64,000 bases of DNA from Halocafeteria seosinensis (lineage: Eukaryota): the NCBI GenBank assembly GCA_001687465.1, contig LVLI01000290.1, positions 1 to 64,000 on the forward strand, given 5' to 3'. Both the position numbers and the translations under genes were made by a program. Position 1 is the first letter of the stretch. Each line of letters starts with the position of its first letter. The notes below the pieces were generated by a model. The model searched no databases and was not told the DNA's origin. It saw only the letters and a list, made by a program, of their open reading frames with translations. Positions 22,157-35,505 of this stretch are shown here, in pieces.

Positions 22157-24101
22157 CTTCGGAACACCCTGTCAAAACTTGTCAATGCACACTGCGTGTG
22201 CAAAGCTGATCAAAAACCTGAAACAAAGCAATGAAAACTCTTAGAAGAGAAATCAGGTAATTCCCAATTCCTCTGGGGTGTCTCACCCTCAAACACGGAT
22301 ATCGGAAGACTATAAGTATGCTAGGGTACCTCAATGGTGGATAAAATGCAGATATATACTCTTGATGATACAATCATGCGTAACGATCCATTGAAAGATA
22401 CGCATACAATGCGTAACCGAGGCCCAAGCCGTGCAGAGTCCTTTCAAAATGGCGTATGAAACAAACAAATGTTTCAGAATCGGGATGCAACTGAGACAGT
22501 GGGAATGAACGTGGGTGCGCCTACTGTAGTCTAGGCCGACCTTCCACGGCCTAGCTAGTTGGCCACCGTAGGCCATAATATACATTACTACCTACTGTAT
22601 ATTTTGAACCGTTTCCAAACCATGCATTGCACATGATGCTTCCTTCTGTACAAGTAGCACTTGTGAACTAAGCAACTCAGGCCACTCAACTGGCCAGTGG
22701 CCACTCAACAGAGTTAACTTGTGGCACTGACTGTACCAGAGTCCCCCTCCCACAAGCTGTGGCAAGCAAGTACTACTTGGTAACTTGACAAGTCCTTCAC
22801 CCGGGCGGCCGCCTAGTCGACTGATTGGAAGTTCAACTTCACCCCAAATAACTTTCTCTCGCAGGTACACACACACAGCTTATGATCGTATGGCCGCCAC
22901 TAATAGTGGACTATGACGTGTTTTCACAGAGCATGAATCTAACGCTCTCTGTTTTTGTGTACAACACACAGGAAAACAGAGAAAAAGAAAACTCACCAGC
23001 TGACACTTGTAGACCGTGTCATAGACGGACCACACCTACCAAGGAACCTACGTACAATAGTGTATAATTTATGGCCTTCCGGATCGTAGGATAACCAGGA
23101 AAATTCATCAGCGTGTCCCTCGGAAAAGCGAACATACAATGGCGACCGCATTCAGTTTTAATCTTAACCCTCACCGAACTTATCCCCAGGAGGTTTCCTT
23201 TGGCCCTAAACTAGGTTGAATGATTTACGAGCGACCAAAGACCATGTGAGGTAGGGCCGTCCGTTGAGCAACTGGTACGTATGCTCACACCAGCGAGCCT
23301 GCAAGTTCTCGGGTGTGACAACGCTTCCAACCTTTGTGCCGCCACTCGGAACGACAAGTTCTGATGCTGGTGAAAACGATGTTGCTTCAGGGCTGGAAAC
23401 CCGACCAATGTTGTTTCTGAGGATTTCCGGTTTGAGCGAACAGCTTGAGACTGCACCAGTACTCGAAGTCCGCTCCCTTCAGCAATATCGTAAACTTGTC
23501 GGCACGAAACGTCCAACCTCCTCTTCCGGTCGGGAATCCTTGAGTCGGGATAGTGGAAGCGCCACGATATGAATGATGCAAGTTTAACCTGTTGAATAGA
23601 CTGTATTCCACTCGACGGTGCTCCATAGGTCAGTGGTAAGTGTCAGAGGTGAAATCCATTCCATTTTTGACAGAATTTCCAGACCAAGAATTCCTTCATA
23701 TACTCTGGAACACAGAGATCATTCCAATTGTCCCGTTATACAAGTGCTTGTTCGATGATATTTGGCTCTAAGGACTTCGGTTGAACCTGCTCACCTCAGT
23801 CTTGCGAGCAGCAACACGTAGTATTCCGTATCTTGAAGGCATCAACGTTTTTGCTCGTGTCTTGATTAAAAAAAGAGGTTTTGTCGTCGTTTTATCTAAC
23901 TATAATTCTCGCTGCATTGATATAAAGGTTCTGAAAAGGTTGAGTGCGTAATATTGTACCCGGGTACACTGTTTTTCGTCCATTGTTCATCTCCGAGGGG
24001 CATCTCACGTAATCACACCAAACAATGCCCCTATAAATTGCTGTTCTTGTGGTCAAGAGCACAGTAATTGTTAGACAGAGGTAGCTTCCATAAAGTGAAC
24101 C

Positions 24102-26243
24102 ATGTCGCGAAGGCGATTCTCGTCATCATCGGCCACATCAGCCACAGGGGCCGGAATGGTCCCCCAAGTGCTCCAGCCGCCTAGCTGGCCTAGTCTACGC
24201 ACTTTCTGTTCGGAGGTGTTAGGGCAGAAAGCGCCCGAGTGGCTGATGAAATGGATTTCGGACACTGCATCGACCTTTGTAAGTATTTAATCGAGTGAAC
24301 TGAGTGTTCATGTGGAATTGCAATATTGGTCGACGTTGTGTTGTGGTGCTATCGTCTTCAGGATGCGCATGCCAAGGACCGAATTCAGGTAGAACGGGAT
24401 ATCGATAGTAAACCTGTAAGGCGCCTGTAATATTTCAATTTCCCTTTTATATTGGAATTGGAGTAGCTTTGGGTGTGCTTTCCTCCATGGATGCAGTTAG
24501 AGCCTCAACTTTCGGCCGAAGTTGGAGAGATGATGGCTTCTGAAGAGCAGGCGGCCAAGAGTGGACAAGAACAGAAGCGGGAACGCTTGACTCAGAAAAT
24601 TGATGAACGTATTCGTAAAGAGTGCGTAAATGCTTTAGAGTACATTGTTCGAGTACATGCTCAACAGCGGGAGGAAGTGTATCGTCGACACGAGAAGGAG
24701 AGGAAGGAACTGCGGTCAAATTTGGAAAAGTTGATCAGACAGCATCTTCAAACGAACATTCGAGATTGCCTATCGACATTGAAGTCTAGTTATCAGGCCA
24801 ATACTTCGTCTCCTCCAAATTCCTCTGAACCACTCCCGTCTCTTCCAAGGAGTCCCTCAAATCGGTCTATTACGAGTGGCAATTTTGGTGAAGAGGGCTC
24901 GGCAGGATCGATGTCTTCCCCGCCTAGTGTAAAGGGAGAAGCTTATCCAGCAAATTTCCACGACGCTGAAGCTTTTTTCCGTGAACAAACAGCGGAAGTG
25001 TGGGCTCAAGGTGAAAAATTCTCGTTGCGTTATGCATTCAACAATCAGGTACGCTACGGTAGAGCCACATGATCTCTTGGATGCTTCAGGTGTAACCAGC
25101 TCTCTCATGTATGTGCAGATAGAAAGAATGGAAACGGAATGGCGAGAATACCTGTTATCCATGGAGTCTCATTTTGCGAAAGAGTACTTCTCAGTCACAG
25201 GCTGCAAACCACCTGAATGTTCGACTCCGGAGCTTGCATCTCAATGTAAACAACGGCAGTCCCAGCAAAAAGAAAAGAAGTGGCTCAACAAAGAAAAGCA
25301 AGAACAACTAATCCATACAGCTCCTGTTTTAGGTCCGACCGGGGAACAGGAAACGAAGGAGGAGGTAGACAAGGGTACTGAATTCTGCGGTCTCGGGGTA
25401 TCGGAGCAATCAGCCGCAGCGATGCTCAGAAAACTGAATTCGTCGGTTCAGAATCAAGTGTCTGACCTTTTCCGTCGTTACAAGGAGGCAAGATATCACG
25501 TTTTGCTACAACGAAACGAAGCTTTAAGATGGATTCATCGACAGTGCGTGCGGATGTTAATGCAAGTTGATGCTGCCGCTGTGGAACGGGCTCAGGTGAC
25601 GAATTTACAGCGATGCGCGATGCAAGGATGGGACGATCTATCTGTAGTTGCTCTAGGAGTTGTCCATACAATGGCAACTGGGCAAAATGACTACAAGAGA
25701 ACAAGGCATTCTTCAAATGGTGGAAGCGCTGAGAACTTAGCAAAAAAACTAGCTCAGAGTGCCATAGGTTCGGATGGTAAACCAATGAGTAAACGCCACT
25801 CAACTCCCGTTCGGAGATCCAGGAGTGACAGTACCAGCATCCGTCAAGAAGCATCTACAGTCGGAAACGACACTTCGCTTTACAAGCAATCTACCACGGG
25901 AGACGCAAGTGCTCGTTCCAGTCGCAGTGGCAGTCGACCGGGTTCACATGCCACAGATATTCCAGAAGATCATTCTGGAAGGCGTCCACGCTTCCTTACA
26001 GAGGAGGCCTTTTCTTCCAGTGAACGTAGACTAGGTAGTCGTTCACGAGGGTCGACGGACAGTTACGACACGCCTTCCCGGGGCTATGGTCGACCCCGAG
26101 GTGGCACAGAGGCAAATGAGAGAACCGGAAGTCCACTCAGAGTTAAGACAGACTGCTTCGAATCTTCCTCAGGTGGCTCGAAGAAAAACACGAGGAAAAG
26201 TTGGCATAGCAAACACATGTCTCCGCTGAGGGGAAAGGATTGA
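24102..26243 (+). CDS. Uncharacterised coiled-coil protein with Ser/Arg-rich tail; about 3 introns
   Basis: ORFs 24102, 24473 and 24981 link through GT-AG introns (donors about 24279, 24416 and 25049). Confidence 0.7.
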
Positions 26244-26248
26244 ATGAG

Positions 26249-27080
26249 TTACACTGTGTCCGGGATGCCGTCGGTTAAGTCAGCAGTCATGAAGACCGCG
26301 TCCGGCATGGGATTATAGATATACGGTCCACACCGTTCGAATCCCAAGCTTTTGTACAGATTTACAGCCGCTGGCAGGCGTTCAAGCGAATCTAGATACA
26401 GCTTCCTGTATCCCATCTCGTACGATTTTCGTATTGCGTGTTTTGCGAGTGTCCTACCGATCCCATAACGCCTGCCCAGAATGCACATTATTCAGGCAAA
26501 CTCGGTACCAATTCTGTTGGTCTCCCAATGCCTGATTTCCCAGACGACTTACCTGTACTTGCCATGTACATACATACGCTTTAACTCTCCTTCTAAAGGA
26601 GGTTTCTGCGTACTAGGTGAACATTCGTGTCTGCATCTCTTGCAAGACTGGGTAGGTAGTGCTTACATGTTCTCGTACGGCGATACAACCCGCAGGAACT
26701 CCAATGCCGTTCTGCTTTTGCGATTTGAGGTACCCAATCCAGAGGCATCCATTTTTCGACTTATCGTACTTCCCGGGAAGAGACTGCGTTCATCAGAGAC
26801 AGACAACGTATTGGCCACTACCCAATATCGCAAGGGGAAATGTCGATTCCACTGGGTGTCAGCAACCTACATTGAGCTCCTCTTCGAATCCTTGGAAATC
26901 GTCGATATTGCATCCTCGGTCCAAGAGCATCTGTCGGAACTCTCTGAGAAAGGAACGAATGTGCTTTAGAGCTTCCTCTTGTCCCTTGGTCACTTCATAC
27001 ACATGGAGTTCTGAGGCGGCTTCCTCATCCGGGGCGAAGGCCTCATACACACTACAATTCGAAGCATTAGTATTGTCCAT
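26249..27080 (-). CDS. GNAT-family N-acetyltransferase, about 3 introns
   Basis: FQGFEEEL…LPGKY, GCIAVR, ELKRMYV…YR|RYGIGRTL (motif A), LYLDSLERLPAAVNLYKSLGF. Confidence 0.88.
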
Positions 27081-27123
27081 TGTTCTATTTAACTGAAGAA
27101 AGAAAGAAATTAATCAACCCATC

Positions 27124-29166
27124 ATGCTGGACCATTTTGCTGTTTTATCAAAGACAGGCCTTGTGCTATGGTCTGAATGCCTCAAGGAGGAGGAGGAGGA
27201 GGAGCATGATGCTCCCTTGGCACAGAGGAAGCAAGAGACTGTCATGCATCAACCACTGAATGCGCTGGTCAAAAATGTCCTCTTAGAACATAGACAGTCT
27301 CAGACATCGTATAACTATGAGGACTTTAGCATGAAATGGGCTTTGGCGAATGAGCTTGACATCATCTTCGTGGTGGTATTCAACCGCATTATTGGCTCCC
27401 ATTTGACGTATTTGGACGATTTGCTCATGGCAGTCAAGAAGGTATGTACATACATGTGTGTGGCGTCTTTATCTTGGTTGTTGAAGAGGGGATGATCATA
27501 TTGTCTGCTACAGGAGTTCCTGAAACTATTCAAGGACCAGTTGAAGTCGAATTCCATGCTAGATATAGCGTAGGTGATACCTTGTTTGGGACGTCCCTGA
27601 GGTATTTAAACACGCACCTTTGTTTTGTTTTGCAGAGGCAAACTTGAATTTTCTGCATCCTTCCACCGCATATGGAACGCTGTGGAGAATGCATCGGATC
27701 GCCGCCGAAAACCGAACGAGGCGAGACCTCCAGATAAACACGAAGTTATTGACGAGGATGGGAGAATGAACCAAGAAAATGAACAAGAGAAAGATGATGG
27801 CTCTTCGGCAGAATCTAAAGACGAAGGGCAAGGTAGCAATGAGGACGAGGCCGAGAACGAAGACAACCTGACACCTCGTCAGAAACTGCAACGCTTGAAA
27901 GGACGCCGGAAAGGCCCTGGGCCGAGGAAAGGAAAGGTTGGGGATTCCAAATCAAAGATTGGGTCTGATACTGGTAAGGGATCAAAAGGAAAAGCAAAGG
28001 CGGAAAAGTCAAAATTATCGAAAGACGATATAAAAGCCCTGGATGTTAACAATGCCTTGGCGGACCAAGACAATCAGTCCAAAGTCGATTATACTGGTAG
28101 TTCTGTGTTGGACCATGACGATGCCAGCGATGAGGAGGAAGAATCTTCTAGTTGGTTTTCGTCCACCACTATAGGAAGCCTGTTGGGAAGCCTGACTGGA
28201 AACAAAACGTTGCAAGCGCAGGATGTCGATCCTATTCTGGATGAACTGCGTTCGAAACTTATGGAAAAGAACGTTGGTAGCGACATCGCAGAGGATCTAT
28301 GCAAGAGCGTTGCTAGCTCGCTCATTGGGAAGAAACTGGAACGTTTAACTCTAGTACAGACACAGGTAAAAAAGGCCCTTCAAGAAGCAATAGAACGACT
28401 GCTAACCCCCACACGGAGCACAGATGTGTTGGCAGACATCCGTGGGAAAAAGATGCGAGGCGACAAGCGTCCCTATGTGATTGTCTTTATCGGTGTAAAC
28501 GGCGTAGGGAAGAGCACATCGCTATCGAAAGTAGTTTACTATTTAAAAGACAATGGCCTGAAAGTAATGATGGCTGCGTGCGACTCTTTTCGTAGCGGAG
28601 CAGTTGAACAACTTAACCGCCATGCTCAGTCATTGGACGTTCCACTCTTCCAGCGAGGCTACAACACCGACCCTGTCAGTATCGCCCGCGAAGGTATGGT
28701 CATTAGTCTGCGAAGTGACTGATTTTGTTTTTCTCATAGAATTTAGTCGTTCGTACGAATTGCAGCCATCGTGCACGCACAGAAGGAGGGATACGACGTG
28801 GTAACGGTAGACACCGCGGGAAGGATGCAGAACAATGCAAGCTTGATGCATGCTCTTGCTAACTTGGTAAATCAGAATAATCCTGACTTGGTGCTATTTG
28901 TTGGTGAAGCACTTGTAGGAAACGATGGTGTAGATCAGCTTACTACGTTTGACAGAGCGCTTATAGATTATGCCAAGACTCCTAACCCACGACACATAGA
29001 TGGTATCATGCTAACCAAATTCGATACGATTGATGACAAAGTAGGAGCAGCGTTGAGTATGGTCTACCGTACAGGAGTCCCAATATTTTTTGTCGGAACT
29101 GGACAAAAGTACATGGATGTTCGTAAGCTCAATGTAAAATCCGTGGTGAAAGCCTTACTCTCCTAA
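27124..29166 (+). CDS. SRPRA: Signal recognition particle receptor alpha subunit; 3 introns
   Basis: Longin-type N-terminus ([16 protein letters not shown]), [41 protein letters not shown]. Confidence 0.95.
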
Positions 29167-29420
29167 TGACTCAATCCGACTGGCGACGAGGTTTATTGGC
29201 AGAAAAACGTCTCGACGTGTCGTCAGGAAGAAAAGAATAACGATAACAATGTACATGATGGAACTATAATTTTTGGGTACATTAATAAGCGTCAGCTTCT
29301 ACCCAGCTTGTGATCTGGTTGTGAAGTTGAAAACACTTCTTCACAAGTCAGTACAAATGCCACATTAGCATTGATTTCCTGCCAAACCGCATGGTAGAGA
29401 CGCCGAATTGGGTTCGTGTC

Positions 29421-32152
29421 ATGCTCCATCGTTATTGTGGATCTGTGTTCAGCAATTGCATTCGTCGAACGCCGTCTGTGTGGTTCAATAATACCAGAAG
29501 AGCTCACTTTCTTCCATTGTCGTGGCTCTATAGAAGCATGAGTACGCAGAAGAAAGGCTCTGCCAAGGCTACAAAGGAGGAACTCCTTGTATGTCCTTCC
29601 AAGTACTCCCGTTTCGCTGCCTTGGAATGCACAGCCACTGTAGCACACTGTGAATTGTCACACCCTCCTGTCAAAGTCGTTTCAGATGCCTCAGGTATGT
29701 CAGCTCGTCCCCTTGTGGTTCACCTGCCCTCTGTACCAGGGGAGCTCTGGTCCCCGACACTTTTTGTAGTTTTCAAGGGAAGTATTCACCCCCTGGTCTA
29801 CATGCAGAGTTCCCACTGGGCTCTTTGATAGGACTTCGAACATCAGATCTAGATGAAAGCATTTATGGGCATCATGCCGTGTCGCTCTTCAAAGCGTTGA
29901 ATGGCGGGAAGAAAGGAGCCGAGCTTTATCCTGATAATCTTCGCGTCGATGGATGGTTACAATTCCTGTCAAACCAGTTGGAACCCGCACTTCTTGAAGC
30001 CAAGACTTCCCACAGCGCTGGATTGGAACAAAATATCCAAGATTGTTTGCTTCGTATAGATGAAGCCATCTCTGCCAATAAGCAAGGAGGTGGAAAGGCA
30101 ATCGTAGGAGTCTCGCTTTCGCTGGCAGATATCGCTATTGCGTCTCAGCTAAAAGAAGTGCAGTCCTTACAACTCGCAGACTTTAAAGGATATCGATCGC
30201 TGCCAACTTATTTCAATCATATCGCACAATTACCCGAATTCAAGACTGGGTTGAAGGAAGTAGAAAGGATTGAAAAAGTATTGAATGAAGCGCCGGAAAA
30301 TGTCGACCTTACCAATGTTCTTCATCCCGAGGATTATACCAGTTCACTTCTTGAGTCGCTCAAACTAGTGTTCACCGCCGCTTTACACGAAGCCTTTCCA
30401 GCCGCGAAGGAAGCAGATATAGAAACAGCAGATATTGAACTGAACTCAAACACAAAGATGCAGCATAACTACCAATGCAACTCGGCGCTAAGCGTCTTTG
30501 GAAAACTGAAGAGTGTGGAAGGCGCACTTCCCAGTGATTGCAAAAACCCACGGTCGGTAGCGCAAAAGCTTTTGGAAAAGGCCAGTAAGCTTACCGAAAG
30601 TAAAGGCGTTATAGATAAGCTGGAGTTGAGCGGTCCAGGCTTCATAAACATTTACCTATCACCCGATTATCTTAGCAAGCGAGTTGGTCACATATGTGGT
30701 TCGGGACTACAGCCACCGCGGACAAAGCGCTCTCGAGTGGCTATCGATTACAGCAGTCCGAATATAGCGAAGGAAATGCATGTCGGGCATTTGCGAAGTA
30801 CGATAATTGGCGACGCCATGGCCCGTATCTTAGAATACCTGGGGCATGAAGTTCAACGGTTTAACCACGTGGGTGACTGGGGAACTCAGTTTGGTATGTT
30901 GATCGCACATATGAAGGATCGATACCCAGATGCGGACAAGAATCCTCCAGATATCGAGAATTTGTCCAAATTCTATAAAGATGCTAAGAAGCGATTTGAT
31001 GAAGAGGAAGGGTTCAAAGAGCGGTCTCAGAAAGAAGTTGTAAAACTTCAGAGGGGAGATGAAAAGAATCTGGAGATGTGGCGAGCTCTGTGCCGTATCA
31101 GTGAATCTATGTTCTCCCAAGTCTATAAACGTCTGGGAATCAGTGACGACTTGCAAATATACGGAGAAAGCTTCTATAACTCGATGTTGCAATCCGTTGT
31201 CGAGGAGTTCGAAAGAAAGAACTTAATAACGATATCGGACGGCGCAAAGACGGTGTTCGTGGACGACGCCGAAGTGCCACTGATGTTACAAAAACGAGAC
31301 GGTGGGTACGGATACGACTCCACGGACCTTGCTGCGATTAAGTATAGACTCTTCGAGAAAGAGTGTGATTGGTTGATATATGTGGTGGATTCAGGACAGC
31401 AGCTGCATTTTGACCTAGTGTTTAAAGCGGCCGGGAAAGCAGGATGGATTGATCGTAACGTTCATCGAGTTGAACATACCGGCTTCGGTGTCGTGCAAGG
31501 GCAAGATAGGAAGAAGTTCAAATCGCGATCTGGGGATACTGTGCGACTGGTGGATTTACTGGATGAAGCTCGTAGTCGGATGTATCGCCAGCTCAAGGAA
31601 CGCAATGAGCAAGGGAACTCCCAACTACCAGAAGAAGAGTTGGAATACGCAGCGGAATGTCTTGGCTATGGCGGTGTTAAGTATTTTGATCTGCGCCAAA
31701 ACCGGCTATCAGACTATATTTTTGATTATGACAGAATGCTCAGCGCTGAGGGAGATACTGCCGTTTATATGCAGTACGCTCACGCTCGGATGCAGAGCAT
31801 CATTCGCAAGTTGCAAGATTCTGGCCATAATGTGAATCAACTGGTGCAACAGGGAGAGAAGGATCCTGTAGGTTACATTAAATTGGATCATCCTTCCGAA
31901 CGCGCCTTAGCGGAGGAGTTATGTAAATGGGCAGATATGTGTAAGGCGTTTGAGAAAAACCTGCTCCCCAATATCCTCACGGGTTACATATACGAACTGG
32001 CCGGAAAATTTACGGACTTTTATCGAGACTGCAAACTCCTTGGTTCAGATGAAAAGACGTTGACAGGTCGCCTGATATTAGTGAAATCCACTGCTGAAAC
32101 TGTAGCCACTGTTCTTCGACTTCTTGGTATCGAGCCATTGAGTCGACTGTAA
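29421..32152 (+). CDS. RARS: Arginyl-tRNA synthetase with N-terminal GST-C-like domain; intron 29695-29807; in-frame ATGs at 29391, 29421 and 29538
   Basis: DYSSPNIAKEMHVGHLRST, NHVGDWGTQFG, KFKSRSG, YMQYAHAR; the intron joins ORF 29391 to ORF 29825 in frame. Confidence 0.95.
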
Positions 32153-32275
32153 TGAGCGTAATATCGGCGTTCTTTCCATTCCCCGATTCGTGGGAGGAAT
32201 CCATGTTGTACTAGCCTAGCATCAAAATATCGACGAAAACCTATGAAATTGGGCTGAATTTTACATGGTGCTGCT

Positions 32276-34857
32276 TCACCTCATTCGAGGTGCACCAAAT
32301 GTAATTTTAGTCATTTTCTTTCCTCCTTTCTTCTTTTTAGACTGATTAGAGCTCTCCAGAGCCTCGGTTATCCAAGAGTTAGAATTCGGCTTTGAAGCGT
32401 CCCGATATTGACTCGCAGATGCATCCCATTTCTTTTGAGCATCTTCAGTTGTGAGGCCGTTGATCTTTCCGGTTCTAGCAACCGGATCACTAGCAAAGTG
32501 TGTAGCAGATCCTTCAGAAAGCACTCTCGCCCAGGCGCCCTGGGGCGCAGAGGGGAGTACCGTCCTCTGAGATGTCCATTTCGGGCTACTATCCGCGTGC
32601 CTCTCGCCACCACCACCAGCAGTGAAGTGTTGTTGCTCGCTTCTCTCATGGTGACTCTGAGGCTGAATACCTTCCCACCATCTCTTGTGTGGATAGCTTG
32701 GAGCTGCGTGCGCGTATGTCTCTTCTTTCGCTTCATGGGTACTGGCTGAATGAGCTTTCCGAGCCGCCAAAGGAATCCACTCACTCGCATCCGGATTGAA
32801 CTTTGGCTGCGCTGAGGTTGCGGCTGAAATCGCATGCGATGCACCAGTCTCAGCGGAAGACTGTTTACTAAGCTCTTCCCGAGTTTGTGTGTTAACCTCC
32901 TGCTTGTACTTTGCTATCGATGCATTACCTGTAGCTTCTAGCCCTCTGGCTTCATCCCTCGTAGTGGGCAAGCTGGTGTTAAACTGCCTGTCTGATGAAG
33001 TATTCTTTGCTTCCATCTCTCTGGATTCATTCCTCGCGGCCCCATTTTGTGTGGTTTGTTCGTATTCCGGGGAAGATACATCCTCAGCAGTGCAAGTCGT
33101 TTTAGAGCGATCAATGGTAACAGGCTTCGTTTCGCATATTTCTTCTTTCGAAGCAAGACGGCGTTCAGAATGGGGACCATTTTCCTTGTACATAATCTGG
33201 TCATCAGAGTACTTCTTTCTGTCCGCTTCACGCTTCTCCGTTCTATCCTTTCTTGCATTCTTCTTTTCTGTCTTTCGCACCTCTTTTTCAGCTTTTTCTT
33301 CTGCTGCTTTCTCGGATTCTTGAGCAAGCTGGCGCTGCATCCACTGTTCCTCCGCCTTGTCTGAATAAGAAAAGTGAGATGCTCCGTTTTGCACACTCGA
33401 CGTAGATCCCTCACCCTCTTCGAATACTAAGAGCTCTTCGTCGTCCGTAGCTACAAAACTAAAACCTCTCCAGAGACGGAACGAGTCACAATTTTCATCA
33501 CACTCCGACGAAGCGTGTCGATCACGATTCTTCGGACTGGAATCATTGAGAAGCGTCGCTTCAGACACACAAGGGCGTTCATCTGTAAAATCCGAATCAA
33601 AGTGCTTCGTATCCTCCAAACCTTCTAGTGTCGTAGACATGTCGATAGGAGGTGGCACCTGCTCTTCAGCCAGGCGATCCCAATCGATTCCTTCAAAGAA
33701 AGGATGACGTTTTAGAGCGCTCACTCCTCCAATTTTAAACATAGTGTTTCGGGCACATCCTAAGCGTTGATCCGGGTTCTTCGTGAGCAGTCCCTTGAGC
33801 AAGGAGTGAGCCGATCCTGAGAGATACTTTGGCAAGGGAGGCTTCCCGGATAAAATTTTCTTGTACAACTTCATCGGGTTCTTATTGCTATTGTGAGCTT
33901 GGAATGGCGGTTTCCCCGTTAACATCTCGTAGATTAATGCTCCAAGGCTCCACCAGTCCACTGGTTTCCCATACCCACCACGGGCCCCAGTGGTGCCGGA
34001 ATAACTCCTTCCAATACTATGCCCTGTGGAATTTTCACTGACCTGAGTCTTTGGAGAATCGCCAGTCGGTTTTTCTGAATTGTTTTCCTGCTTCAGGACA
34101 GAGCGCGCTACCATTTCTGGGGCCATGTACTCGTTAGTCCCACAAATTGTCTTGGTAGTGGCTTCTTCGCTCGACAGTATTTTCGCCATTCCGTAGTCAG
34201 TTACGGCTATATGACCATTTCCTTTAAGTAAAATATTTTCCGGCTTTAAATCTCGATGAACAATTCCATGCTTATGCAAATGTTCAATGGCCAGCACTAA
34301 TTCCGCTGCATAGACTTTGACCGCACCTTCGAGCATCATGCCTTGCCTGGAGTAACATCGAATACACATATGACCTGCGTGCAATTTTCATACCCAAACC
34401 GAGGAAAGACATACTGGCTTAAATGATAGAAAAGCTCCCCGCCGGCGCAGTAATTCATGACTAAATAAAGTCTCTCATGCGTCTGGAATGCAAATTTCAG
34501 GCTCACCAGGTAGGGATGGTCGACAGACGCCATAATCTGACGCTCTACATGGGTGTAAGAGACTTGTCCCTTCTCTGTCAGGTACTTCTTATGCAGCACC
34601 TTCATGGCGAAAATCTTCTGTGAGGCCTTGTGTCTCACTTGGAGTACTTTGCCGTACGCTCCCCGCCCAATGACGGACAATAACTCGAAGTCTTGTGGCC
34701 CCACAGAGCTTGGCGCGACTTTCCGTCTGCTTGCAGTACCATCAGCCTCTAGATTGATGGTCTGGTCGTTGCAGGAAGAGGAGACGGAAGCCTCTTCTTG
34801 CGCATGGGCCACAGAAGCACGGGAGATGCCGTGAGCTGCTTCAACTTCATGGCTCAT
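32276..34857 (-). CDS. AGC Ser/Thr kinase (S6K/RSK-like) with long C-terminal extension; intron 34347-34414
   Basis: GRGAYGKV, AMKVL, HRDLKPEN, DYG (for DFG), CGTNEYMAPE, DWWSLG, AGC tail with hydrophobic motif WRGFSF. Confidence 0.92.
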
Positions 34858-35505
34858 TTTTCACACTAACTATACAGTAGTGGTACAGTATTCTCATCGA
34901 GTTATGAAAAATATCAACAAACATCGTCTATATCGGCAGTGATCAACTAACGTTGTACTACTGACAAAACCAGCTACCTACTACTACCATAGTACAAGTT
35001 GTACAATTATACCAACGCTGACGGTAGAATACTGCGGGACTTCACTGCACCGTGTCAGAATCCTCAACTTGACGAAAATTGTTGTAGCGTTAAGATGTAA
35101 CCATTGTTTTTCAAACTAGAAAAGCATTCATATTACGAATGAAATCGAACGATATCTCGGCAGAAACTTGTGTATATATCTCCTTGTGGGTACCAGAAGA
35201 GTTATGCCGGGATACCATCTGAAATTCAAAGTACTTCACTTGCAAATTACACGGAAACATGTCACGGGATCATCTACCACCTTGATCTAGCTTTGTAGAA
35301 CGAAAAAGTGTCATGGTTGTTTGTCTTGAGCACTTTGACGACATCGTGAGCTGACAACGTTGTTTTGTCATTTCAACTAAGAGTCGCAACGAGTGACTAG
35401 CTGAAGCGCAGTTCTCGGCTATACCATGTGTTATCCAAGAATAGTCGAGCCTCATTCGGCATACTCCTTGTTCGCAGAGTCTTTTACGAACCAATCGTAG
35501 CGCGT

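Noticed and set aside
22867..22878. (CA)n run as a third mini-element copy
   Set aside because: Not followed by the aaatgtgacagatag body.
22592..23626. Short ORFs between NUP98 and the 24102 gene
   Set aside because: No motifs or consistent exon structure; possibly decayed sequence.
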